A stretch of 64,000 nt of DNA. It comes from Eledone cirrhosa (Eukaryota). Of the stretch, positions 13,444 through 25,904 are shown one piece after another (position 1 is the stretch's first letter; each line of letters starts with the position of its first letter). A model generated the notes under the pieces. It saw nothing but the letters and a program-made list of their open reading frames with translations, ran no database searches and was not told the DNA's origin. The stretch spans positions 43,400,001 through 43,464,000 of the forward strand of contig OZ024753.1 in assembly GCA_964016885.1 (NCBI GenBank). Direction: 5' to 3'. The position numbers and the translations under genes were made by a program.

Positions 13444-13770
13444 TAGTAATAATAATAAATTTAAAGACTAAAATCCAAAGAGGTCTTGATAAGGATAAAT
13501 ATATATCAAATATATAAGAACCGTAGAGCAAATATTTATTAAATATATTCACCGCTCCTATTAATGTCGTATTATATTCGTTTTTTCCCGTTCTTTGCCA
13601 GGGAACGTTTCCACGAACCAAAGTATCGTCTTCCTGTCTTCCTCCGGTTGCAACGTTTTTTTAAATATCCACTTCTGCGTTTACAGATTGACTTTGTTAG
13701 TTTCAGAAGATCCCGTTAAGGGTGAAAGCAGTGATTCTTTGCTTAAACTTTAATCTGTTATTTTAATAAA
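13444..13770 (+). mobile_element. (TA)n-flanked hammerhead element family A
   Basis: Reverse complement of 2192-2520 apart from a short divergent internal patch. Confidence 0.8.
13699..13749 (+). ncRNA. Hammerhead-like fold with variant core CAGAAGA
   Basis: AGTTT-CAGAAGA-T-CCC(GTTAA)GGG-T-GAAAGCA(GTGATTCTT)TGCTT-AAACT. Confidence 0.55.
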
Positions 13771-13869
13771 TATATATATATATATATATATATATTCTTA
13801 TATACAACAATATATATCTATATTCTTGTATACAATAATGTCCATCCAACTAAAGAGATAGAACTGAGG

Positions 13870-13919
<50 letters not shown>

Positions 13920-13964
13920 TAATATATAAAGAGATAGAACTGAGAATATATATATATCCAGGGA

Positions 13965-14045
13965 GGTCCGATGAGCCATTGATTATAGTCGGGCTAGATC
14001 AATACAGATTGAACCTTGAGCTGATCAATAGCGAAACACGTCACC
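13965..14045 (+). ncRNA. Minimal type I hammerhead with long stem II (family F), core CCGATGA
   Basis: GGT-CCGATGA-GCCATTGATT..(~38 nt)..GATCAATAGC-GAAAC(AC)GTC-ACC; G10.1-C11.1 pair and GUC triplet; lies in a (TA)n-flanked insert 13957-14108. Confidence 0.6.
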
Positions 14046-14129
14046 AACCAACATATGTAATGGAGTAACCATTTGTCCTTGTTTTATTTTATTTTATTAT
14101 AAATAAATATATATATATATATATATATT

Positions 14130-14306
14130 TAATAAAGAAGGTGTGGTAAGATACCAGGTGGACCATAATGCACCAGAGTACTCAATACTTAGGGTAGTAG
14201 AGTGGGTAATAGGAAAAGAGTGAGGACCCTGATGGCTGGTGACTTAGTTCGGATCTAGCTGTCGAAATGGCCGGAGCTCAGCTATCGGGGTCCTGACTAT
14301 TTTCCT
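14130..14306 (+). mobile_element. (TA)n-flanked element family B ending in a hairpin
   Basis: GTGGTAAG..ACCAGGTGGACCATAA.GCACCAGAGTACTCAATACTTAGGGTAGTAGAGTGGGTAATAGGAAAA shared with 21816-21940, 26459-26582, 26773-26998 and 38023-38141. Confidence 0.8.
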
Positions 14307-14444
14307 CTCTCTATATATATATATGGCAACAATGTGCAGCTAACTAGTAGGATAGATTCTGAGAACATCTAAAGCAAGAGAATAATTAGTCATAACTCTC
14401 TTGTAGAAGACAGACCACATGCTAATTGGTAGCACTGAAATATG

Positions 14445-14980
14445 TGGTCCTTTACAGTTCAGCGTGTGAACTACCTGGTCATTTGTAGTTCTAGAGATTG
14501 ACACTTTACAATGTGGTCTACCTGGTCATTTACACTTTAGTATTTGGTCTACCTGGTGAATTTCAGTTCAGTATATGGTGTACCTAGTCCTTTACAGTTC
14601 AGCCGGTGAACTAGCTGATTATTTACAGTTAATATAGAGTCTACCTGGTGAATAACAGTTAATATATAGTTTACCTGGTCTTTTACAGTTAATATATAGT
14701 CTACCTGGTCATTTACAGTTAATATATAGTCTACCTGGTCATTTACAGTTAATATATAGTCTACCTGGTGAATAACAGTTAATATATAGTTTACCTGGTC
14801 TTTTACAGTTAATATATAGTCTACCTGGTCATTTACAGTTAATATATAGTCTACCTGGTCATTTACAGTTAATATATAGTCTACCTGGTGAATAATAGTT
14901 AATATATAGTTTACCTGGTCATTTATAGTTAATATATAGTCTACCTGGTCATTTACAGTTCAGTATGTAATCTACCTGAA
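14445..14980. repeat. 30-bp minisatellite (~17 units) with 120-bp higher-order repeat
   Basis: CTACCTGGTCATTTACAGTTAATATATAGT; variant CTACCTGGTGAATAA recurs at 14641, 14761 and 14881. Confidence 0.9.
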
Positions 14981-15932
14981 CTATTAAAACTTTACACTGG
15001 AGAATGGTAAAAACAAAGCAAATAATATTATATTTTAACAATAGACATGTATTCCTCAAAGTCACAAGCATCCAAAAATACTAAATCCTACATTAATAGT
15101 CATGATGACGTCCCTACAACTCCATCAAGAGTTAAGTGCCTATTGATTGATGGATCTTGTTGTCATGAATAATATATGACACCTACTATCACAAACAACT
15201 GTTCACCTACACATTCCTCTACTCCATTTTAACTTCCACCTGTACACACACACACTCACATACACACACTCTCTTATTTATACACATACACATTCTCACA
15301 TACACATTCTTTCATTTATACACATACACACACACATTTTGACATTTCCTTCAGATAACCTGAATATTTTGCTAGTCACTCCCTTTAGCTAGAACCTCCC
15401 CCTCCACATACATCCTTGTTTTTTTCTTTTCTTTTCTTTCTGTAATTGATGACCTATAGATAATAAAGGTGAACCCCAACCTTACTAATATCATCACACT
15501 AAAAGATGAAGCAAAGGTCATGAGTACTTTTCATTTTTCTTTAATGAACTAATAAAAGAAATTTGACAGCTCTGAAATATTAGACCAACCGACCTAACAT
15601 TAACATGAAGTTCTGGGTTTGAAGAAAGAGTTGGGCAAATATGTTTATTGTTTTGTATTATTGACATGAAGAATTGGTCTTCAATAGTATTTGTGATTTA
15701 GTGACACATGTAGAATTAGTTGACTAACAATGGTGGTGCCCCAGCATGGCCACTGTAATAGAGTAACAAAACACAAGAAGACTATTTTGACACAAAGGCC
15801 ATATTCTTTCCGTTGCCAACAAACGTTGCCAGAGATTCTAGATTTTGGAACCAAACATTACCTTAGCTGCTACAATTTTACAAAACTCAGAAATAATTTG
15901 TGTGGTGGTACGTGGCCTAGTAGAAAGTGTAT

Positions 15933-16234
15933 TGGACAAGGTCTGAGAATTTGTCAATATTCCCTTGGTCCGATTTGATGAGCTCCACTGCATTCGGTAA
16001 ATGAATGCAGTCTGGAATCTTGTTGATGTTTCCTTGGTCTGATTTGACAAGTTCCACTCTACTGGGTAACTGAATGAGGTCTGAGATGTTGTTGATGTTT
16101 ACTTGGTCTGATTTGACAAGTTCCACTCTACTGGGTAACTGAATGAGGTCTGAGATGTTGTTGATGTTTCCTTGGTCTGATTTGACAAGTTCCACTCTAC
16201 TGGATAACTGAATGAGGTCTGAGATGTTGTTGAT
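15933..16234 (-). repeat. 69-bp tandem repeat (~4.3 units), open 23-codon frame on the minus strand
   Basis: TGTTGATGTTT at 16021, 16090 and 16159; peptide VELVKSDQGNINNISDLIQLPSR. Confidence 0.8.
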
Positions 16235-16660
16235 AACCTTCTAAGCTGATATTTTAGAATATAGAATTATGATGAAATCTTTCAGATAAATATAAAAACA
16301 TAGACATAAACAGTTTCATATCTTCAGATAAATATAACAACATAGACATTGGTGTCACAGTATCAGGTACAGTTTCAGACAGTTCGGTATGAAAAGGGGT
16401 TAATATAGTGATAAAATGGAGTCAGACATAACTAAACCCCTTTAGTCAATTGTAGTTTTTTTAGTTTTTACTCTATATATTTATATATGTTACTAATTAC
16501 TGGTAAATATATATTATCTTGTCTTGGGTTTGCTTTCTCTCTTCCGGGGGAATTGTTTCACAGTCTTCTAGAAATGTTTTTTTTAGGTAATGATAGTAAT
16601 TTCTTATTCTTCTCTGCCCCTAAGAGAAAGACCTCCTCTTTGTCAACAAGTGTGTGCGTT

Positions 16661-16692
<32 letters not shown>

Positions 16693-16872
16693 CATATGTG
16701 TGTGTATGTGTGTATGTCTGAGTGTTTGTGTATGTCTGTCTGTGTGTCATTATCTTTATCACATCAAACTGACATGAACATGAACAAGGTGATTGTAAAG
16801 AAAACCTTTAGTTAAGAAAGTTGCAACTTTGGAACATATAAAGATCAAACGGCATTTTAAAATATATTTCCT

Positions 16873-16936
16873 TATCATCATCATCACCATCATCACCACC
16901 ACCACCACCACCACCACCACCACCACCACCACCACC

Positions 16937-16970
<34 letters not shown>

Positions 16971-17750
16971 TCACCACCACCACCACCACCACCACCACCA
17001 CCACCACCACCACCACCACCACCACCACCACCACCACCATCAACACCACCATCAACACCACCACCAACACCATCACCACCATCATCACCACCACCACCAT
17101 CATCACCACCACCACCATCATCATTACCATCACCACCACCAACACCACCATCACCACCACCAACACCACCACCATCCTCACCTTCACCACCACCACCATC
17201 ATCAACCCCACCCCCACTTTCTCCCCAACCATTATCTTTGTCCTTAATCTTACTAACTTAACATATGTACACCTTTTTTTCCGCTCTCTCCATGTATATA
17301 TATATACACACATATATATATATATATATACACACACATATATATATATACACACACATATATATATATACACACATATATATATATATACACACATATA
17401 TATATACACATATATATATATACACATATATATATACACATATATATATACACATATATATATACACATATATGTGTATATATATATATGTGTATATATA
17501 CATGTGTGTCTATATATATGTATATACACACATATATACACATATATATATGTATACACATATATATACACACACACAGACAGACTCTGACATACACCGA
17601 CATACAAACAAACACACATATACACAGGCAGACACCCACATACACATACTTACACTCACACATATACACAGATAGACATATACACACACATATATACACA
17701 CACCCACATACACACAACTCCACACACATACATACAGCCATATGCACTCA

Positions 17751-17817
<67 letters not shown>

Positions 17818-18052
17818 CTACACATACACATATACACAACTCCACACACACAGCCATACACACTCACTCAAACACAGATATATATACACACACACACACA
17901 CACACCTAGACCTACACCTACACACACATGCACAACTCCTCACACACATACATACACACAGACATACATACATACACACAGACATACATACAATTCCATA
18001 CACATACATACACACACCACACACACTATATATATATATATATATGTGTGTG
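16873..18052. repeat. (CAC/CAT)n tract followed by (TA)n/(CA)n compound microsatellite
   Basis: Direct inspection. Confidence 0.95.
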
Positions 18053-18413
18053 TCTCCTTCAGTGAAGTGCTATCTATTTGGTATTACCTTTTCACTACTG
18101 TAACTCTCTAGATAAGAGATAAGAAAGCTTGCACCTAAGTTCCTTTTTCCCCTGATCTCTATCTAACTGACTTCAATTTGTTCATCTCACGTTTCCATCA
18201 AGTAGTTCTTCCTTTTATATCCCAGTATTAGATCATATCTTCTCATCAGTAGCTTCTCTCATTCAACTCATTCTTGCTATTTTATCAATACAGCTTTTAG
18301 AGAATCTAGCTGACCCTGTGGAAATTTCATAGTAGTGGTTTTATTAGAAACAACCACCAAGTATTAAAGATCATTAGGATATTGAACTTTATTGGTATTT
18401 ATTTATAAGGTAT

Positions 18414-21400
18414 CATCATCATCATCATCATCATCGTTTAACGTCCATGTTCCACGCTTGCATGGGTTTGGACGGGAGTTTTCCCACATGAGGCAAGAGT
18501 GGTTGTCATTGCTCGCATAGGACTGCCTGGCGGGTTTTCTACAACTGGATGCCCTTCCTAACACCAACCACATTTACAGTGTGGGGCTGGGAGGTTTTTA
18601 CCGTGTTGCCTACATGGCCACATTACAGCGTGGACTGTCTGGCGGGTTTTCTACAGCTGGATGCCCTTCCTAACACCAACCACATTTACAGTGTGGGGCT
18701 GGGAGGTTTTTACCGTGTTGCCTACATGGCCACATTACAGCGTGGACTGTCTGGCGGGTTTTCTACAGCTGGATGCCCTTCCTAACACCAACCACATTTA
18801 CAGTGTGGGGCTGGGAGGTTTTTACCGTGTTGCCTACATGGCCACATTACAGCGTGGACTGTCTGGCGGGTTTTCTACAGCTGGATGCCCTTCCTAACAC
18901 CAACCACATTTACAGTGTGGGGCTGGGAGGTTTTTACCGTGTTGCCTACATGGCCACATTACAGCGTGGACTGTCTGGCGGGTTTTCTACAGCTGGATGC
19001 CCTTCCTAACACCAACCACATTTACAGTGTGGGGCTGGGAGGTTTTTACCGTGTTGCCTACATGGCCACATTACAGCGTGGACTGTCTGGCGGGTTTTCT
19101 ACAGCTGGATGCCCTTCCTAACACCAACCACATTTACAGTGTGGGGCTGGGAGGTTTTTACCGTGTTGCCTACATGGCCACATTACAGCGTGGACTGTCT
19201 GGCGGGTTTTCTACAGCTGGATGCCCTTCCTAACACCAACCACATTTACAGTGTGGGGCTGGGAGGTTTTTACCGTGTTGCCTACATGGCCACATTACAG
19301 CGTGGACTGTCTGGCGGGTTTTCTACAGCTGGATGCCCTTCCTAACACCAACCACATTTACAGTGTGGGGCTGGGAGGTTTTTACCGTGTTGCCTACATG
19401 GCCACATTACAGCGTGGACTGTCTGGCGGGTTTTCTACAGCTGGATGCCCTTCCTAACACCAACCACATTTACAGTGTGGGGCTGGGAGGTTTTTACCGT
19501 GTTGCCTACATGGCCACATTACAGCGTGGACTGTCTGGCGGGTTTTCTACAGCTGGATGCCCTTCCTAACACCAACCACATTTACAGTGTGGGGCTGGGA
19601 GGTTTTTACCGTGTTGCCTACATGGCCACATTACAGCGTGGACTGTCTGGCGGGTTTTCTACAGCTGGATGCCCTTCCTAACACCAACCACATTTACAGT
19701 GTGGGGCTGGGAGGTTTTTACCGTGTTGCCTACACAGCCACATTACAGCGTGGACTGTCTGGCGGGTTTTCTACAACTGGATGCCCTTCCTAACACCAAC
19801 CACATTTACAGTGTGGGGCTGGGAGGTTTTTACCGTGTTGCCTACACAGCCACATTACAGCGTGGACTGTCTGGCGGGTTTTCTACAACTGGATGCCCTT
19901 CCTAACACCAACCACATTTACAGTGTGGGGCTGGGAGGTTTTTACCGTGTTGCCTACATGGCCACATTACAGCGTGGACTGTCTGGCGGGTTTTCTACAA
20001 CTGGATGCCCTTCCTAACACCAACCACATTTACAGTGTGGGGCTGGGAGGTTTTTACCGTGTTGCCTACATGGCCACATTACAGCGTGGACTGTCTGGCG
20101 GGTTTTCTACAACTGGATGCCCTTCCTAACACCAACCACATTTACAGTGTGGGGCTGGGAGGTTTTTACCGTGTTGCCTACATGGCCACATTACAGCGTG
20201 GACTGTCTGGCGGGTTTTCTACAACTGGATGCCCTTCCTAACACCAACCACATTTACAGTGTGGGGCTGGGAGGTTTTTACCGTGTTGCCTACACAGCCA
20301 CATTACAGCGTGGACTGTCTGGCGGGTTTTCTACAACTGGATGCCCTTCCTAACACCAACCACATTTACAGTGTGGGGCTGGGAGGTTTTTACCGTGTTG
20401 CCTACATGGCCACATTACAGCGTGGACTGTCTGGCGGGTTTTCTACAGCTGGATGCCCTTCCTAACACCAACCACATTTACAGTGTGGGGCTGGGAGGTT
20501 TTTACCGTGTTGCCTACATGGCCACATTACAGCGTGGACTGTCTGGCGGGTTTTCTACAGCTGGATGCCCTTCCTAACACCAACCACATTTACAGTGTGG
20601 GGCTGGGAGGTTTTTACCGTGTTGCCTACATGGCCACATTACAGCGTGGACTGTCTGGCGGGTTTTCTACAGCTGGATGCCCTTCCTAACACCAACCACA
20701 TTTACAGTGTGGGGCTGGGAGGTTTTTACCGTGTTGCCTACATGGCCACATTACAGCGTGGACTGTCTGGCGGGTTTTCTACAGCTGGATGCCCTTCCTA
20801 ACACCAACCACATTTACAGTGTGGGGCTGGGAGGTTTTTACCGTGTTGCCTACATGGCCACATTACAGCGTGGACTGTCTGGCGGGTTTTCTACAGCTGG
20901 ATGCCCTTCCTAACACCAACCACATTTACAGTGTGGGGCTGGGAGGTTTTTACCGTGTTGCCTACATGGCCACATTACAGCGTGGACTGTCTGGCGGGTT
21001 TTCTACAGCTGGATGCCCTTCCTAACACCAACCACATTTACAGTGTGGGGCTGGGAGGTTTTTACCGTGTTGCCTACATGGCCACATTACAGCGTGGACT
21101 GTCTGGCGGGTTTTCTACAGCTGGATGCCCTTCCTAACACCAACCACATTTACAGTGTGGGGCTGGGAGGTTTTTACCGTGTTGCCTACACGGCCACATT
21201 ACAGCGTGGACTGTGTGTTTTTTTTTGTCGTGACACCTACACGATCTCATTTGTTTCGGCCTGGATGTTGTTGCACCAACATAACTTTACGTTGAAAGGG
21301 GCGGTGTGGATGGGGTGGGGGTGGTGGGACGGGGTGTATTTTGTTAGAGATGCCTACTGACTGTAGTAGGTTTTACTTTGTATTTAGGTAAGGCGGGTCT

Positions 21401-21514
21401 TCTCTATTACTGAGTACCGCCAAAGATCTCGGAGAGGTGTAAGTGTGTGAGGTCGGAATTTATCAGGTTGTCCCAGGTTTTTCTGGGTCTGCCTACTCCG
21501 TGGCTACCGTCTAT

Positions 21515-21520
<6 letters not shown>
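18414..21520 (-). mobile_element. RTE LINE 3' fragment hosting a 112-bp array
   Basis: Flanks 18414-18520 and 21214-21520 are reverse complements of 45572-45668 and 45132-45455; 21430-21520 encodes the GRPRKTW motif on the minus strand. Confidence 0.9.
18520..21214. repeat. Tandem array, 24 x 112 bp, near-identical units
   Basis: ATGCCCTTCC recurs every 112 bp from 18549 to 21125; bounded by GGACTG at 18520 and 21208. Confidence 0.97.
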
Positions 21521-21559
<39 letters not shown>

Positions 21560-21564
21560 GTATA

Positions 21565-21940
21565 TTTATTAAAATAACAGATTAAAGTTTAAGCAAAGAA
21601 TCGCTGCTTTAACCCTTAACGGGATCTTCTGAAACTAACAAAGTCAATCTGTGAACGCAGAAGTGAATATTTCAAAAAAACGTTGCAACCGGAGGAAAAC
21701 AGGAAGACGATACTTTGGTTCGTGGTAACGTTCCCTGGCAAAGAACAGGAAAAACGAATATAATACGTTATTATTTGGAGCGGTGAAAAACAATTACACG
21801 CAAAAACAAAACAACGTCGAAATGGCTTGAGCTCTGCCGTCGGGGGTCATACATTTTCCTATTACCCACTCTACTACCCTAAGTATTGAGTACTCTGGTG
21901 CGTTATGGTCCATCTGGTTCCTTACCACAACTCCTTCGTT
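21565..21940 (-). mobile_element. Fusion of family A (21565-21815; hammerhead fold 21586-21636 with G12U) and family B (21816-21940) within (TA)n
   Basis: Left part matches 2192-2437; right part is the reverse complement of 26773-26897. Confidence 0.8.
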
Positions 21941-22309
21941 ATATATATATATATATATATACAAGGTGGTAATGGAATAATTATATGTATGTTGTATATA
22001 TATTTATATATATGTATAAGTATGTTGTATATATAAATGTATATATATGTTATATATATTTAGAGATTGTAACATCCAGTTATTGTATATATATATATAT
22101 ATGTATAAAATATATATGTATATACGTTGTATATAAATATATTTGAATATATATATGGTATGTGTATAAATGTGTGTGTGTATACACACACACACACAGA
22201 CACACACACCACAGTACTTAATTACATACAGATATATCAAACAAAATGAATTTTCAAAACGTATCTTATCAAATGATGGAAAGTATATAAATGGAATATT
22301 TTACTTATA

Positions 22310-22650
22310 TAATAATGAAAATTAGTGTGTTCAGTGCTCAGGTGCACTACAACTTATCAAAGGTGCATGTATAGTACATAGAATAATGTACAAAGGTGAG
22401 GAAATATGGATGTATGAAGGTGAGATACTATTGTAATAAAAGAAGACACTATGTCTTATCCATTTCTACAAACATTCAAACACAAGAGGTGTGGAAAGTT
22501 TTAAATAATGGTAGAGAATATTTAGTAGGAGGAGATAGGAGAGTGTCGGAAAGGGAGGTAATTTATTTGTTTGAGCCAGAAATCAAGGCAAAGAGAGAAA
22601 ATGAATGTCACTGGCTTGTGTGTATTAATCAATTATTTATAATTTGAGGA
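22310..22650 (-). mobile_element. Possible degraded non-RTE LINE 3' end (CR1-like)
   Basis: Minus strand ends AAGTTGTAGTGCACCTGAGCACTG..TTCATTATT; weak SLPLFKT peptide; mostly recalled resemblance. Confidence 0.35.
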
Positions 22651-22969
22651 TAAATAATATTTCTCATAAAAATACCCCCCCCCCTCTCCCTCTTTTCCTA
22701 TATCACCCTCTCTCTCTCTCTCTCTCCCTTATTGATAGCTAGATTTCATGTTTCAAACAAATCTTCTGTCCTTTCATATTTGTTGTGATTTAGTTCAGAA
22801 ATATGAAGTAAATTTGGCTGGTCTTGCTTGGGGATCTAGCTGGATCAGTTGGAGACAGTTGTGTCTGACAGAACCTGCTGTAAGGAGGGTTTGAGGACTC
22901 TGACCCCACGACCCCCTTTAGGAATAAGTGGGAGAATAAGGTGAAGAAGGTGAAATTAAGACAGAAGAA

Positions 22970-23695
22970 AACCCTTTAGCATTTACATTACTCTATATTA
23001 TTATATTTACTATCATAGTTTCACAGTAAAGGCTTTACCTCACATAATACCTCACATACCATTTACATTACTCTATATATACTATTGTATTTTCACAGTA
23101 AAGGCTTTACCTCACATAATACCTCACATACCATTTACATTACTCTATATATACTATCGTATTTTCACAGTAAAGGCTTTACCTCACATAACATTTACAT
23201 TACTCTATATATACTATTGTATTGTCACAGTAAAGGCTTTACCTCACATAATACCTCACATACCATTTACATTACTCTATATATACTATTGTATTGTCAC
23301 AGTAAAGGCTTTACCTCACATAATACCTCACATACCATTTACATTACTCTATATATACTATTGTATTTTCACAGTAAAGGCTTTACCTAACATAATACCT
23401 CACATAACATTTTCATTACTCTATATATACTATTGTATTTTCACAGTAAAGGCTTTACCTAACATAATACCTCACATAACATTTACATTACTCTATATAT
23501 ATACTATCATAGTTTCACAGTAAAGGCTTTACCTCACATAATATCTCACATAGTATTGAATCTGAGATTTTGATGTTATTTATTTTGAAAACAATACCTT
23601 AACATTAGTCTGAGTGGCCAGTTACAGCTGGTTTGTACAGAAAGAGGTGAGAGAATTCTGGCCAGATATAGCCAGTTTAAATGCTAAAGGGTTAA
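22970..23695. mobile_element. TTAA-type (piggyBac-like) MITE with internal 72-bp tandem expansion (8 units)
   Basis: TIRs AACCCTTTAGCATTTA and TAAATGCTAAAGGGTTAA; units start near 22980, 23060, 23132, 23192, 23264, 23336, 23408 and 23480. Confidence 0.75.
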
Positions 23696-24144
23696 AGGAT
23701 GAGAGGCAAATTTAACCATAGTGGGATTTGAACTCAGAATGCAGTGAGCCAAAAATAATAATAATACAATATTTAACAGCCAAATAACTCTCTAATTCCT
23801 CTTATCTGTGAAGATATGCTGGAATTAAAAAAGAATTCTAGTTTGAATGGTTTTAATCTTGGTGATTAGTTAAATTTCTGTCCATTACAGAAATAATTCC
23901 ACTATTTTCCTAATTCCAGTATAGATTCCTATTAACACAAAACCATTATTAACAAAAAAGTTATAGTAACAGAATACTGAGAACTCTGTTAATATCAGAA
24001 AGTTGTGGTCAATTTTAGATTTCAAAGTAAAAATTAAAAAGCTTTCTTTTATTTAGAATAGTAATATTTGAAGTTAAACAATTTATTTTCCCTAATCTAA
24101 CTTAAATCTAGTCTTACTTGTTATACCTCTTTTAATTCATTACC

Positions 24145-25110
24145 CCCCACCACCACCATCACCAACACCATTCTCAATTATCACCACCACCATCACCATT
24201 CTCAATCACCACCACCACCATCACCACCACCATTCTCAATCACCATCACCACCACCATCACCACCACCATTATCAATTATTATTATCACCACCATCACTC
24301 TCAATTATCACCACCACCATCAGTCTCATTAACACCACCACTGCCACCAACATCATCCCCCCCCACCACTGCCATCCTCCTCATTATCACCACCACCACT
24401 ACTACTATCACCACCATCATCACCACTATCATCATCATCATCATCATCAACACCACCATCACTGCTATTATCATCATATCACCACCACTGCCACCATCAT
24501 CATCACCATCACTGCTATCATCATCAACACCACCACCACCACCAACACCACTGCTATTATCATCATATCACCACCACTGCTACCATCACCACCACCACTG
24601 CCACCATCACCACCACCACTGCCACCATCATCACCACCACCAACACCACTGCTATTATCACCATCATCACCATCATCACCACCACTACCATCCATCATGA
24701 CCATCACCACCATCACCACCGTCACCACCGTCACCACCATCACCACCACCACCACCATCACCACCACCACCACCATCACCACCACCACCATCACCACCAC
24801 CATCACCACCATCACCACCATCACCACCATCACCACCACCACCATCACCACCATCACCACCACTACCACCGTCACCATCACCACCACTACCACCGTCACC
24901 ATCACCACCACCACCACCACCACCACCACCACTACCACCACCACCACTACCACCACCACCACTACCACCACCACCACCACCATCCATCACTACCATCACC
25001 GTCACCACCACCACCACTACCACCGTCACCACCACCACTACAATCACCGCCACCACCACCACCACCACCACCACCACCACCACCACCACTATTCTCATTA
25101 TCACCATTAT
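24145..25110. repeat. (CAC/CAT)n low-complexity tract
   Basis: Direct inspection. Confidence 0.95.
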
Positions 25111-25904
25111 CAAAATATAGGAAGATATTCCATATAAATATCTCCCCTTCTCCTTTGATGTCTGTGCTGTATCAATAAATATTTCAAAATTTCAATTTAT
25201 ATAGAACACAACTAGCATTTTGAAATCAGTATTAAATCTGTTTAATTTTCTTCTCCAGCCTCCCCCCCCCCCCCATACTTTTTTTTTTTAAATTTTTGTT
25301 TCCTCGAAAAGATAGTTTTCATTTATCAGATAAGTTTTAATATCTGAAAGTGTATAAATGTTTGGTGAAATCTGTCTAAGTGGTAGCTTGATTGGGCAAT
25401 TAAAACCATTGCCACATATATTTACATAAGGTAGATTCTGCTGCTTTACCTGTGTATAAAACTGTGGAAATATGCACCAATATAACTTTCATGTTAATAT
25501 AGTGAATAACAGTGAAACTTTCTGTGCTAAGATATATTCTCCATGAGTTGACAAAATGTTAACATTTCAGAACACACATTCAAAGCAAAGCTTAGCTTTT
25601 CTACTCAGATAGAAAAATACTTCATCCCCTAACAGTTTCTAACCCTCTAGATGGCTCAGGTATGACCCCCCCCCCACTATAGGGTAAGATATATTCTTCA
25701 TGAATTAACAAAAATGTTCAAATTTTAGAACAAAATACATATATTTGTTTTTCATATATTCTGTTGACAGTTCGAATATATATATATATATATATATATG
25801 CAGCGGTTATATTTAAATTAACATTTTTTATAACTGATATAAAGCACTCAACAATGAGTGGAGTATACAATATATTAATAAATGGAAACTATATTTACAT
25901 GTGT

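Noticed and set aside
14220-14298. Apparent complete hammerhead starting CTGATGG in a family B copy
   Set aside because: Better explained as CCCGACGGC with CpG decay after deletion between CGACGGC repeats; the core lacks A9.
15917-16195. Leucine-rich repeat call for the 23-aa repeat
   Set aside because: Does not fit the LxxLxLxxNxL consensus.
16759-18111. Long poly-V/T/YI ORFs (also 24474-25137, 39005-39816, 58192-58981, 61210-62572)
   Set aside because: Translations of di- and trinucleotide microsatellites that lack stops by composition.
18549-21360. 23 repeated 78-aa ORFs, and superficial CRISPR-like regularity
   Set aside because: Units are identical end to end with no unique spacers, 112 is not a multiple of 3, the sequence is antisense LINE 3' UTR, and there are no cas genes.
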